Positions 40,929-54,862 of a stretch of 64,000 nt of DNA are shown piece after piece (the first letter of the stretch is position 1; each line of letters opens with the position of its first letter). The position numbers were made by a program, and so were the translations under genes. Under the pieces are notes generated by a model. The model was not told the origin of the DNA and did no database searches. It saw only the letters and a list, made by a program, of their open reading frames with translations. This stretch comes from the human T2T-CHM13v2.0 reference genome, Homo sapiens: the NCBI RefSeq assembly GCF_009914755.1, contig NC_060929.1, one strand, 5' to 3'.

Positions 40929-43900
40929 TAAAATGAGGTATAAATTTAGAAAACATGCATTTTTAAACTCAAATCCTCGTATACTTGCTTCAATTATCTC
41001 CTTTAATTATTGATTCAGGAAAATTATGTGAATCAGAAATAAGGAGACTAATGAACACAAAGGAAGACAAGAGGGAGGACGGGGGTATGTGCAGATGATG
41101 CAAAATCAGATAACTAGAATGCCACCATAATTGGCATGGGAATAAATATACATCCCAGAAGTCTCCAAAGGATTCATTTTTGACACAATTAATTGTATTT
41201 GCTTTGGAAATCTGAAGTGGATTTGGTCCTCATCTGGATGCAATTGAGTCTTGCCAATCCGAGGCTAGATAGTTACTTTTTTTTGCTGATTTTAATATGC
41301 TGCCAGTGCCAAAAGTCCTCTGGGTAAATATATCAGATTTATAAAAATGCCCAACAAAATCAAATTAACCAAACACTGCTGAATGAATGACTCACAAAAT
41401 GTGGTGTTTTCCCTGAATAAATAATTTTCACTTTCCACTATATTTAACTAAGACAAAAATAACAAAGAAAAAATGTGTCCAGATCAAAACACTTTAGTGT
41501 GTTTATTATGACCATGTGTATAATACAGTATCAGAATTCCACATACAGGCAGGTGGAGAGGGTGATCCACGATCTACATTATTTGAAGTGTTCTCAAAAT
41601 ACTTTTTATGCACTCCACATTTTTATACACTATTCACAGGGACTCTCTGAAGGTTAAAATACTATAGCATTTGAGTTAGAAAAACATTACAGGACCCTCA
41701 GGTTAGGCTATAGAAAAAGTTTGACAAACAGAAAATACATTTTAATTCTGCTATTTACCAGCTCTTAAAAGAGGATCATTTTGAAAAGCGTTCAAATTTA
41801 TCAAGCAAATCGGTGCCAGTTTCTTGGGAAGAAGCAAGAAGTAACAGCTAGTGCTGGTGACTACTTTTAGAACAAACTCGGAAACACATTTATCAATAGT
41901 AAGTCAGGGAGATGAAACATATTTTCAGAATTACTTAACCAAAATGGTTTGCATAAATTACTTAGATCTCTATGTCTACATTCATGTCAATATATCATAA
42001 CCTCTTGTGAATACACACATTCACTTCAACTTCACTAGGTATTGTGTTGAATAAAGCTCTGTTAAGTTCCAGGAAGTCATGGAAGTGCGACAGAGATATA
42101 GGTGGAAAAGGGCCAAACAGAATGTAGTTGCTACACTGGGGAGAACCAAGAAAGGAAGAACATTATTTGGGTTGTATGATGAAGATGTTTTATGTATACC
42201 AAAGAGATGCCTCACCAAAAACTAAGAGACAAGTGAGAAATGGTTTTGCTTATAGCTTCACATAAAATACACAATTTTCTTGAAAACCAAAGCTCTCCAA
42301 TATCAGGGGATAATTTGCCAAGGACCTACAAATGGTCACATCAGATTCTTTGCTATCACAATCTTTTCCAGGGACAGTTCTTAAAAATTTTATTAAAGAC
42401 ATTTCTAGACAACAAAATTTAGAGATGTTTGTAAAAATGGATATTCTAGACTCAGTTTTTGGAAGTAGGTTGGATGTGGATTACTCTAACCATGTAGATA
42501 AAATGTGTACTTTTTATTATTTGATCAACTTATTTTTCTGTTTCTTGCCAGTATGTGTAAATTAATTCATTTTTATGTTAACTTTCATAAATTCACTTAT
42601 TAATTTTAATAATAAAAAAATCTTATTTGACCAAGCAAACGATTATGTTTTCCTGGGAAAATATGATCATTTAGCTAATGCAGAACCTCATGATTACATT
42701 TGCCTTCTCTCTTTTGTACCGAATTGCTTCACTTTCCCCTCACTTATGCATGGGATTGCAAAATTTGATAAAGTGTTAGCATGTAAACTTTGCTGTAGGC
42801 TTGTTTTCTAGAAAGCCCAGGAAAAAAAGCCTCCAAAATTCTTTTTCTATTTAATGACTCCCATGGCCGCCTCCAATTTTAGCCCACTTGCCCAAGGCCA
42901 TAATGGTAGAACAGAATAAAACTCAGAGCCAGACCAATCTATCTCTCTGTTAATCACCATGCTCCCACTAACCAAAGATTTACCCCCTTACATCTATTCT
43001 TGCCCCGTCCTAGTTGCATTCCAAGAAGGCTTTCCTGTCTCTCCTTTGCAACCAATTTTTAAAAGGAGAAAAAAAAAACAGAATAATTGCCTTTTTTCTC
43101 ATGAACAGCTGTGGGCAGAACTTGTCTTCTGCTGCTCTACAAATGGAAAACACTCAGGCGCTAGTCCTCAGAACAAATGAAGATCTTGCTACGGAATGTT
43201 TATTGACAAGATATTTCCTATTTGAAATTCTTTCCTCTCTTGGTTTCTATCTTGCTATCTACTACTCCCATTGCTGTTATACTATAACAGACAATATTCA
43301 TAGAGACAGTATTTTAGTGTGTAAAATGTGTAAAATTAATGACTAAATGCATAAATTTGTAGAATTAATGACCTTACCTACTCTATCTTCTAGTTTCAAG
43401 TTACTTTGCACATTCAATCCTGTCTCCACCCAAATTCTTGGGAGCTTTCTCCATCTATGCCTTCTCCCCAAATCTCTTTAAAGTGTCCATCCTAACGAGA
43501 AGACCAAGAAGGCATTTTAGGTCTAATTAAATCGGCATAAACTCAGATTCTGTATATAACAGCTCCTGAGTATTTGGGCATTCTCCTTTCCCCAGTACAT
43601 AGCTGTCACAGAAATTGGCCACGAGCTCTTTGGGGAAAGAAGAATTTGGGAAATATCTATCCTATTTATTTCTTTTATCAAGCCACTCTTTCAGTCATGT
43701 GGCTCTGGGTCTGTGAATTAATTTAAATCTAGAAACAGGTCAAGGAACCTTGAGTTTCCATTACAGCTGTTGACATCATCCTTCAGCTCATTAGACATCA
43801 ATTATTTTTGATTACATAAATCAAGCAACACGATCACCATCTAAACATCTCTGCCTTTTCTGCCCTCTCCAAACACATTGCCATAGATCCCTGTACACCA

Positions 43901-44410
43901 AACACTCTGATTCCCACTTTTGTTTTAGCCTTACTATCTAATGTAGAAATCACATCTATTTTTGCCTCAGACAAGTAAGTCCAAGGCTTAACCAGGCTGC
44001 CATCTAGCCCGGTTACAATGGAGGGTAGCAGAAACAAACAGTGAGAAAATTGAGACTTATTGAGAGACCTTGCTTCAGATGAGGCCTTTGCACAAATTCC
44101 AGGCAAGGAGAGTTTTCTCTTCTGGTATGTGGGGAAGGGACTTCTTTTGCTCTAGTAGAATTCTGGAGAATTGGGGGATTGAGATTGTTTGACTTGCCAA
44201 TCTAAACTCTCCTATTCCCATACTTTTCATATCAGGTTTGAGTCTTATTATATAAGAACTGTGTGGTGCATTTAATCACTTTTGTAACTCTGTCACACCG
44301 ATAATCAGATATCAGTTCTCATTTTCAAGAGTCTTCCCTGTGTCTGAAGGAAATGAATATTCCCTTTAAAGATGACATAGAAACCTCTGGGTTTTCAGAG
44401 TGTGATTTAG

Positions 44411-45068
<658 letters not shown>

Positions 45069-45964
45069 TGAAAGCTTTAGTAACTGTTAGTACCACACTG
45101 ACCATCCATATTACCTCCAGACAGGTGGGAAATCAAGCTCAAAAATCCCATCCCAATGACTTCTTTCTATGATTGTCTTCATCTAGACACCTGGGCTCTG
45201 AACTGATTAGAGCAAAGTTTACACTCTGATCTAGTAAAGCAAGAATGAAGGGAAAAGAGAAGCCAAGGAAGAAGAAAATGAATTTATGTTTGTGATTTAC
45301 CAAGCAGATCATATCTTCACAGGAAAACCCAGCTGGTTATGTGGACATATGGAATGTCCCCAGTAAGGCAATATGAAGCTCATCTCTCAGAGCATTCCAT
45401 TGTGGAGAAGAAATGATCAATGAATCCATTCAAATTTCCTCATCTTTAATTGTTCAATGTCAGTCTGTCTGTGTTGCTGCTGAGGAAGCCAGGGTCTCTA
45501 CAGCTCCAGTTGGGTAGGACCTACATGCTAGAGCTCCTGTATTGCCCATTGCTAAAGGTGCTTGCACCTAGTAAAGACTGTAAAAAGCAATGGCATTAAG
45601 AGATATGATGGCATCATGGTGGCGGCTTTATCATCATAGGAGAAACATGAAACGTGGCCCATTTGCTGGTTCCAAACGGACCACGAGGCAGGGCAAGTTT
45701 CCATGGCCCTGGGAACAGCCAGGTCTGAGCAAATCTGTGGAAGTGCATGGACTGGGTCCAATAGCTGCATATCATGTTTCCCTTTTTGTAAGCCCAAATT
45801 CCAGATATTTAGAAATTGCTCCTTATGAGATGGAATGTCCTCTTTTAATATTTCCTCTTGTGGCTTTGGATCCAACATTACTTAGTGAGTGATCCAAACT
45901 CTGGCTTCTCTGTATCTTCTGAGATTTTGTACTCCCATTATCAGAGTATTGAAGAAAACTAACT

Positions 45965-46290
45965 GCCTGACCTCAATGAGTAATACGTCAGTGGGAGAAA
46001 CAGTAAACAAATAGATAGGTATATTATACTGCCATGTTATGGCATGCTAGGAAGTAAAGTTAAAAAAGATCAGTGGATAGAGAGTGAGAGATGATGGACA
46101 TAGGCAGTCGGGGAATGCTTATTTGAGGAATTGACACCAGCAGAAGTGATGGAAGTTAAAATGACATTCCATCAGGAGCATTTGTTCAACACATTTTTGT
46201 GGGTGCAAAGGACCCATCAGGCATTGGAAATCAACTGTGGAAAGGACACACATAGTTGCTGCTTAGGAGTTTACAGTCTAGGACTTAACA
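45965..46290 (-). mobile_element. L2 fragments
   Basis: 'cagtgggagaaacagtaaacaa', 'catttgttcaacacattttt', 'ggagtttacagtctagg'. Confidence 0.5.
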
Positions 46291-47055
46291 GAAAAGCAAG
46301 GGAAAAATAAGTAGATGTATGGGTTAAAAATGATTACAAGGTTTTGTGTGATAACCTCAAAAATTTGACATGTGTGTAAAGATTTACCTTTTTGTGATTG
46401 CATTTGCACACTACAAAAAGACTTTACTTTTAGTGACAATGGTATTTATATGGCCAGAAAATATTAACATATAATGAAGATGGAATGAACTTTGAAGACT
46501 AGTCTCAGAGATTTCCGTTATTCTGTGCTCTTGAACTTAACTCAGAGGCCGCTATAATAGGCTTTCTCTTTTAATTATTTCAATAAAGAATATTTCCTTG
46601 AAAATGGTATTTAATAAACTATAGCAATTTTTTCACAACTTGACCTTGTTTTATGCTCTATGATATCCTAACTATTCATATACTTAGGCAATCATATGAT
46701 ATCCAAAGTATTCATAATTCTCTCTCTGGGCATCTGAACAGCCTGTACCATCCAATATAAGTAGAAATGTATTTAGTGTAAAGAACTAAACATAACAAAT
46801 TCATAAAGGATGGAAAAACCAGCTGTATTTTTGGTTTATGAAATGTCTCTATTTTTTAAATAGTTTGGATTAGATAAAACCCAACTAGGTTTTGCCAAGA
46901 ACGCTTCCCTCTTAATTTTTGAAATCATGCACAATTTTGCAGAAATTTACTCCATATGTTTCTATTTCATTTACACTTAAATCAGAAAAATATTGCTTTG
47001 TAAGATCCATTTGATGTTCAAGAAGCCATCTGAATTAGTCCAATACGGTTCTCTT

Positions 47056-47159
47056 TAAATTAAGATATAACTCACATACCATAATTAAATCCAGTATTTT
47101 CTGTGTGTGTGTATCTTCTCAAAGTTGTGCAACCATTACCACTATCTCGTTCCAGAACA
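47056..47159 (-). mobile_element. L1MB-type 3' tip
   Basis: 'aagatataactcacataccataa...aaagttgtgcaaccattaccactatct.gttccagaaca'. Confidence 0.7.
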
Positions 47160-48091
47160 AATTCAGGTTTAAAATACAATGTGTACATGAAGAATGTTGG
47201 ATTTTAACAAGAAATTTATAAATGGGCAGCATGGTGAGGTTTACCTTGGTACTCCCGGTCTGAAACTTCATGTGTAGGTAAGAGACTTGCTGCAGCCGTA
47301 ATATCGCATTCATAAATCAGAACAATTCTGTATTTCACAAAGTGGCTGCAGGGCTCAGAGGTTATCACAATGATGCGTTTCTTTACACTGAGTAATATAC
47401 CACTGTGGCTCAAGTTGAACATTCTACTGCTTTCCTACTCAGGCCCATTCCCCGATGACATTTTTTTGACAGCTTTTTGACCTGGAAAATCCAAGACCAC
47501 TGGGTCCTGATCACACAACTTTTGGCTCAAAACAAAAGGTTCCCCTGGCTCTCACTTATGATCCCATCCAGCTAAACCACTGCCAGAAAACTGAGAGACT
47601 ACATAAGGACGATTTGAAGACAGAATGTTCCCTTAGTTACCTCTGTGTATTGAATTTGGAACTTTCTGCTTAAGATGGAATGAGAATAGTGAGTCATAAA
47701 ACGTAATTTGTTATCTCAGTGAGGCTTTTCAGATGGTATTTAAGGACATTGCACTGTCAGTTTCTTCAAGGATAAAATAAAGATTCCTGTCAAATACTGA
47801 TATCCCTCTTCATCAAGTTTAGTTCTCAATTAGATATATTAGATTTGGAACATAGAAAAATAGTGTTAACAACAGATGGAATAAAATAGCATGACATAGT
47901 GCATTTAGCCATAATTCCTAGCATTTAGGAGTCATGACACCCAAGCTTTGAAAATTTGGTGTTTTAAGACCTCACTCCTTTATTTTACACAAAACAAAAC
48001 ATACTAAATTAAAAAAATTTTTTTTCAAGCATCATGTTATTTGTTGAAATAATGGAACTGTGGAATTTTGGAGATTTTCCTTCATTTTTAA

Positions 48092-48210
48092 GACCCAGTT
48101 TTCTATTTATAAAATAGGAATAACAATTGCTACCGAACAGAATTAATGTAGAATAAATTGGATGATAGCCTGCATATGAAACATTCAACAGCACAGCCCC
48201 TGGCTCACCA
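48092..48210 (+). mobile_element. MIR fragment
   Basis: 'cccagttttctatttataaaataggaataacaat...cagcacagcccctggctcac'. Confidence 0.6.
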
Positions 48211-48658
48211 AAGGTAAATAATTACTGAATTTGTACTTGAGTCCTGGCTAGTAAGTTGACTTATGTTGAGACAACTAGAATTAGTTTCTGTATTTGTTCT
48301 TCCAGGAGATAAAGGAGTGTTTTAGTAATCACTGTATTTTTTTTTGTGAATGCATTGCTTCATCTATAAAATAAACACAGTGTCGAATAAAAAGTGGTTT
48401 GCGTGTTTTCTATTAAGCATTTCATAATGAAACTACCACTTATTATGATCACTATGAACTTGTGGTAGCAGGTTCTTCCAATATGGTCGAGAATTTTTGG
48501 AAATTAATTTGATACAGTATCTCATTAATAGTCCTCTTTTCCTATATCAAGTTTAGGGCCAATTCTCATGGTCTACAAATTAGGCAAGTTTTGCTATGCC
48601 CTGTTTTTTCTTTTTATGTCCCCTTGGCAGTGCTTTTTATTGACATGACAACAAGCTG

Positions 48659-48774
48659 TCTGGATGAAAAGTAAAATATTCAATCATCTGGATGTTTTGT
48701 CTATACAATGCTACATGTTTTGATGTTATGTAGACAAAACATCCAGATAATCGATTTTTTTCTTTTTATCCAGA
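48659..48774. repeat. Long imperfect palindrome (~46-bp arms)
   Basis: Left arm tctggatgaaaagtaaaatattcaatcatctggatgttttgtctata vs reverse complement of the right arm tctggataaaaagaaaaaaatcgattatctggatgttttgtctaca. Confidence 0.92.
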
Positions 48775-49180
48775 TGTTCTGGCATTATTTATTCAGAGCT
48801 TGTGTCTAGTTTACCAGCTATTGAAAAAGAAATAGAACACAAATATAAGAGGTTACTTCAAATGACACAAAAAACATATTGTACATTAGATCTCAGGTGG
48901 GCATTTTTTTTGTATTGAAATAATTCATTGATTGAATACCTATGGTATTTATTCTGCATTGTTGTATTTCACATGTATGAGACATTGCACAGATAAAGAT
49001 GGTTGGATATACACTATATCATTTAAAATACTGGTTACAAATTATTTAGGATGGATAGGGACAAAGCAAGAAAGCTTACTTTGATGAAGCAAATCCTTTG
49101 AGGTTAAGACCATGGAAGACACTAATAATTGCTTACAAAAGCCATTCTGAGCTCTATTTTTTCTTTTTGTCTTCTAATAA

Positions 49181-49523
49181 CGGTATGGTTTGGCTCTGTG
49201 TCCCCACCCAAATCTCATCTTGAATTGTAATCCCCATATGTCAAGGGAGGGAAGTGATTGGATAGTGGGATCAGTTTCCCCCATGTTGTTCTCATGATAG
49301 TGAGTTATCACAGGATCTGATGGTTTTATAAGTGTTTGAAAGTTCCACCTTCACACCCTCTCCTGCCACCTTGTAAAGAATGCACCTGCTTCCCCATCCA
49401 CCATGAGTGTAAGTTTCCTGAGCCCTCCCCAGCTGTGCAGAACTGTGAGTCAATTAAACTTATTTCCTTTAAACTACCTAGTCCTGGGTATTTCTTTACA
49501 GCAGTATGAAAACAGACTATACA
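49181..49523 (+). mobile_element. THE1C/D MaLR solo LTR
   Basis: 'tatggtttggctctgtgtccccacccaaatctcatcttgaattgtaatcccc...aactgtgagtcaattaaac...aaaacagactataca'. Confidence 0.92.
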
Positions 49524-49955
49524 GATATCAAGATTGAAAAGCCAGACACTTTTCTTTCTTGGCCTCTTAGTTACAGATGGGTGACCAAGGGATTCGATTT
49601 TAGATAATGAGGCTGTAAAGGGACGTGTATTATGGCATTACTGAGAAACCTAGCTTGCTTATTGATGAAAAGAATAGATGTAAAGAAGAGCTAACTCGCT
49701 TTGCTCCTTCCTCAATCTTCCTTCGTTGAGTATGGAAGTGATGCTAGAGCTGCAGCAGCCATTTTGAAACCATAAGCATGAGGAAAACCAGCAAGAGGAG
49801 GAGTGAATTACATAAAAGAATAGGTTCTTGCCACCATTGTTGCTGATTTAGCCTTAGTCCTCCCACCTTCAAACTTTTATTAATACCCTTGTGCTTGTAG
49901 CTACTGTTAATCATGTATTTTGTTGTATGTATCTGAAAACATTCCTAACTGATAC
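49524..49955 (+). mobile_element. Old MLT1 (J/K-type) LTR
   Basis: 'gtgatgctagagctgcagcagccattttg...aaaacattcctaactgataca'. Confidence 0.75.
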
Positions 49956-49957
49956 AT

Positions 49958-50080
49958 ATGCAGGTATTATGTCCCTTTAATGCACAATAAAACTATAGCA
50001 AAGATTGCTAAACTGGCTTGCCCAATGTCATAACTGCAAAATCAGTGTGAAAACCAGGCTGGAGCCCAAGTCTCATGGCT
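49958..50080 (-). mobile_element. MIR fragment
   Basis: 'ggtattatgtccctttaatg...gcttgcccaatgtcataact...ctggagcccaagtct'. Confidence 0.6.
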
Positions 50081-50399
50081 CCTGTCACCAGACGTACTAG
50101 GTTTCTGAAGGCACAAAGTATTCACCAGCCAAATGATCAGGACTTAACTCAGAGGGAGTTAAGATGCCACTATCGATAAAAGTAATATAAAAACTGTTCA
50201 AAGATACTTAAATCAGCATAGTGGATTCCCCTTTTTTTTTTTCCTAAATATGAAACATATCAGAGCAGCTTTTGACTTTTTGAAAGCTGTAGAAACTAAG
50301 AATCAGAATTTAATATTTGACACTCTGTTCCAACACAATATTCTCTAGATCCCTCAAGAAGTTAGCTCTTGAAGAGTTTTAGTGACGTCAGAGCATGTT

Positions 50400-50640
50400 G
50401 AACGGGGGAAAGAAAGAGCATGGGTTTTAAAATAGTCAGATGTGTGTATAACTTACATATTTGCACTTGCCAGAGATAAAATCTCAGGACAGGCACTTAC
50501 CTGCGTAGTTTTTTCATCTTTAATATGGTGCTAATCCAATTCACCTCTTCAATTCTTGTGAAGATTAATTGGAACAAGGCACACACAGCACCCAGCCCAG
50601 TGTCTGGCAAATAGGTGCAACTTAAATAATAGGAGCTATT
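50400..50640 (+). mobile_element. MIR
   Basis: 'aaagagcatgggtttt...gttttttcatctttaatatgg...ttgtgaagattaa...agcccagtgtctggca'. Confidence 0.7.
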
Positions 50641-50969
50641 GTTCTTATGGACTAGTCAAGAAACTGCCAGGTCCAGATAATGTAATACGAATGCCCTGAA
50701 TAGTCAGTCACTCTCCTAGTCTACCCAGGTGACCTTCTCCAGTGTGGCCATGATTAGATTAAACTTGAAGGTCTTGATGAAAGACCCATGCAACAACTAA
50801 GTGCCCGCACATGTATCAGGGATTCAGCCACTGTGGTTTGCATCACCCGCATTGGGTAAAATCGTGGCTCAGGTTAACAAGGTATATCACCTGATCACCC
50901 AGTCTTCTGGCTATAAAGATCCAAGGGAGCCATCCAACTACTTGAAAGCTAGATTCTGGTTTTGGTTGA

Positions 50970-51424
50970 TTTACTCACCACAGTGAATAACCTGGTTCCA
51001 TTCTCCATTTAACAAGCGTCTTGTCAAAGCACCTTGCTGGTTTATATCCTGAAAAAGGAAATTAAAGTACTAACGGTGAGCCAGACGCCACGGCTCGTCA
51101 CACGCACACAGCAAGCTCTGAATTCTAGTGAGCTCTTGTTTCAGTAAATTCAGCTTACTGTGTCTTTTCACAAAATAACAACTACCGGGAAGTGCTTTCT
51201 GTTCTGAATTCTCAAATGAAAAATAAAACCTTGGGCTCCAGCTGAAAGGTGGAATCTGCCATTCGATTCCTAACACAGGGAGTGGAGTTGGAGTGAGAGA
51301 ACATGAAGCCAGCTCTACAATTTTTGCATTGTATAATGTTTTCCACGAACTTGGCAGAAGCCCACAAAGGAAAGACAGTTGGTGCTTAGGAGCTAGCCTT
51401 GATTTTCTGCTTGGGACGGTGAGT
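50970..51424. promoter_or_regulatory. Candidate bidirectional promoter/enhancer
   Basis: Five CpGs within 51074-51105, 'ccgggaagtg' near 51186, and outward-facing GTGAGT donors at 50973-50978 (-) and 51419-51424 (+). Confidence 0.3.
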
Positions 51425-51522
51425 ATCAGGAATCCATTCTTAATGAAAAGCAAACAGAGGATCACTACTTTCCCCCACACATTCCTTACATATTTATACT
51501 TGAACGTACTCTGTAGAGAGAG

Positions 51523-51526
51523 TTTT

Positions 51527-51570
<44 letters not shown>

Positions 51571-51580
51571 TTTTTTTTTT
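51523..51580. repeat. (TTTC)n plus poly(T) microsatellite
   Basis: Directly visible. Confidence 0.95.
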
Positions 51581-51909
51581 AACGCATTCTGCATTCAGAG
51601 AGTGTGCACAGGAAAGCCTCATCTGGAGGGTTGGGGCTAGAATAGCAAACTGGAAGTTAACCCTTGCAGGCAACTATATTCACGCTAGCTTGAATATAAA
51701 GTACCATATGAATGGGGGATACTGTGGTATACTAAGACATTTCAAAGAAAGTTTCAAAACTAATTTTCAAATGTTATCCTTAGGGATACAGAAGCAACTC
51801 ATCCTCTTCTATGGCTAGGCAATCTCTTTACTTCTAAGGTAGGCTTGTTGAAATGGAAAAAGTTCTGAAGAGGTGTCAAAGCTTCAGTCCCTTGTTGTGC
51901 AGCTATATT

Positions 51910-52058
51910 CCCACGAGCTTACCTCTAGCGGGTTCAGTTTTCTCATTTCTAAAAGAGCAGTAGTGGCTCCCCAATGTGTAACCAAATTCTGGTGAAGGAT
52001 ACTGTGTGAAATCACCTGAAAAACGTAAAGTACTGTGTGAATGGGAAGCATTATTTTA
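51910..52058 (+). mobile_element. MIR fragment
   Basis: 'ttcagttttctcatttctaaaa...ggtgaaggat...gtaaagtactgtgtgaatg'. Confidence 0.55.
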
Positions 52059-52131
52059 TGGCATACGAAGACATTTAAGACAGTTTCAAAAGTAGATTAA
52101 CTTTCAAATATTTATGTAAAAATAGACTCTT

Positions 52132-54390
52132 CAATTAAACATTTGATTTTGAGATACTTATAGATTTACATAAACTTGTAAGAAATAATAAAGAGAGTTC
52201 TGGTGTACCTTTTTCCCAGTTTCTCCCTGTCTTTTTCAGCTCACGCTGCCACAACAAAACACCATAGATTGAGTAGCTTAACCAGCAGAAATTTATTTTC
52301 CCATAGTCTGAAGGCTAGAAGTCCAAGATGAAGATGCCAGCATGGCTGGTTTCTGGTGAAAGCTCTGCTCCTGGCTTGCAAACAGACACTCTCTAGCTGG
52401 GTCCTCACAGAGTAGGTAGAGAGAGAACAGGTGTCTGGTGTTTATACTTATAAGGACACTAATTCCACTAGGAGGACTCCTCCCATAATTTCAATTAAGC
52501 CAAATTACCTCCTAGAGGTCTCGCCTCCAAACACCATGACATTCGAGTTTAGGGTTTCAACATGTGAATCTGGCAGGGGACAAATTCTTTCCATAGCATT
52601 CCTAATAGTAACATCTTGCAAATCTACAGTAAAATATCACAGCTAGGATATTTACATGATGCAGTCAAAGCCCCCAAAATTTCCATCATCACAAGGATCC
52701 AAGTTATTCTTTTATAACCCATCCCATTTCCCTTCCACCCTCACCTCTCCTTAACACCTGAAACCGTGAATCTGCTGTCCATTTCTATAATTTTATCACT
52801 TCAGAAGTATTATAAAAATTGAATCACACAGTATTAACCTTTGGGACTAGCCTTTTCACTAGTCACAATTTTCTGAATATTCCTCTGGGTTGTTGAATGT
52901 ATCAATCTGTTTCTTTTCCTTGCTGAGTGCTGTTCCAGCATATAGATATAACACAATTTGTTTAACTATTCACCCATTGAAAAACATCTAAGTTGTTTCC
53001 AGCTTGTGAATATTACAAATAAAGCTACTATAAATTCATATACAGAATTTGGGTAATATAAGGTTTCATTTTTCTGAGATAAACACCCAAACATGCAATT
53101 GTTGGACCACATGATAGAGGCATGTTTACTGTCTGTAAAAAAATGAAATACTGAAAAACTGTTTTTCAGAGTTGATACACCATCTTAGATATCCAACAAT
53201 AACATATGATTCAGCTTCTTTTTATAACTGCCACCATTAGGTGTTTTCAATATTTTTAATTTTAACCTTTCTGACAGGTGTAATGTTTCATTGTGGTTTT
53301 AATTTTCATTTCCCTATTTGTCATCTGTATATCCTCTTCAGTGAAATGTCTCTTATCCATCATCTAATTTGATTGTTTGTTTACTTTTATTATGGAGATT
53401 TGAAGGTTTTTTTAAATATTCTAGACATGAGTCTTTTGCCAGACTGGTAATTTGCAAATATTTTCTCCCAGTCTTCCCACTCTTTCAACAAAGATATTCC
53501 ACAGAGCAGAGACTTTAATTTAAATTTAATTATATTTTAATGAAATGTAATTTACCATACCACTACCAAAAGTATGGCTCATACTTTTGTTTTCAAGCCT
53601 AAGAATTCTTTGTATGGCCCTAGATTATGAAGATTTTCTGCTATGATTTTTTCTAAAAATGTTACAGGTTTATGTTTTATATTTAAGTGTGTGATTCATT
53701 TTGAGTTAAATTTTACATAAGATGTGACAGGTTGAGGTTTGTATTTTGCTTATAAATGTTTGCTCCAGCTCCATTTGTTGAAAGGCTCTTGTTTCTCCAT
53801 TGAATTTTTGCATTTTTGCCAAAAATCAGTTGGACATATTTGTATAGATCTATTTCTGGATTCTCTATTCTGTTCCACTAAGTTGTGTGTCTATCCCTCC
53901 AGAAACACCACACAAACTTGATTGCTGTAGCAATATAGTAAGACTTAAAATTGAAGGGACTGATTCCTCCTACTTTATTCTTTTTCTAAATAGTTTTAGT
54001 TATTCTAATACCTTTCCCTTTCCATATAAGTTTTGGAATAATTTTGCCTATATCTACAAAATGGGATTTTAATAGAAAGTGCATGTAATCTATACATCAA
54101 TTGGGGATAATATCAATTGGGGATAATGTTTACTATGAGTCAAGCTATGAAGAGTGATTACCTCCCATTTATTTATATATTTCTTTGATTTCTTTTATAA
54201 GTCTTTTGTAGTTTTCAATATTCAAATTCTGTATGTGTATTTATCATTAAAAATTTCATTTTTGAACAGTTACAAATGATATTGTATTTTTAATTTCGAA
54301 TTCCATTATGTTCATTGCTTGTATATAGAAACACAATTATGTATGTTTATCTTGTGTCCTACAACCTTGATAAGCTCACTTGTTAGTTCT
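52132..54390 (-). mobile_element. L1MC-type 3' end and ORF2, split by MLT1A
   Basis: 'ttttgagatacttatagatttaca...gtaagaaataataaagagag...cccagtttctccc', resuming at 'aatagtaacatcttgcaaa'. Confidence 0.82.
52228..52598 (-). mobile_element. MLT1A-type MaLR LTR
   Basis: 'gctgccacaacaaaacaccatagattgagtagctta...aagtccaagatgaagatgccagca...ccatagca'. Confidence 0.85.
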
Positions 54391-54730
54391 GATAGTCTCA
54401 GTTTTCTTTCATCTGAAAATGTCTTGATTTCTCCTTCATTCCTCAAAGATATTTTTACTACCTATAAGATTCTACGTTGGCAGTTCTTTTCTTTCAACCC
54501 TTGAAAAATATTGTACCACTTCCTATGGCCTCCATGATATCTGGTTAAGAAAACCACTGTCATTTGTATTCGTTTTCCCCTAAAGAAAAGGTGCCATTTC
54601 TCTATTTGCTGCTTTACGTATTTTTTATCTTTAGTTTATAGGAGTTTGACTATAATGTATCTCAGGGTGAATTTGTTTGGGGTACCCTGTTTGTGTTTCA
54701 CTTAGCTTCTTGAATCTATATATTTATTTT

Positions 54731-54862
54731 AATTTTTTATTTCCATAGGTTTTTGGGGAACAGGTGGTATTTGGTTACATAAATAAGTTCTTTAGTGGTG
54801 ATTTCTCAGATTTTGGTGCACCCATCACCTGAGCAGTACACAGTGTACCCAATTTGTAGTCT
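54731..54862 (-). mobile_element. L1PB-type 3' tip
   Basis: 'tttccataggtttttggggaacaggtggtatttggttacat...ggtgcacccatcacctgagcagtaca'; TSD TAT(A/G)TATTTATTTT. Confidence 0.88.

Noticed and set aside
45110-45900. Possible old ERVL-type LTR and overlapping 100-108 aa ORFs
   Set aside because: Some LTR-like feel, but no termini or TSD I can define and no protein homology.
54096-54127. Perfect 16-bp tandem duplication ATCAATTGGGGATAAT x2
   Set aside because: Real, but an ordinary slippage micro-duplication inside an old L1.
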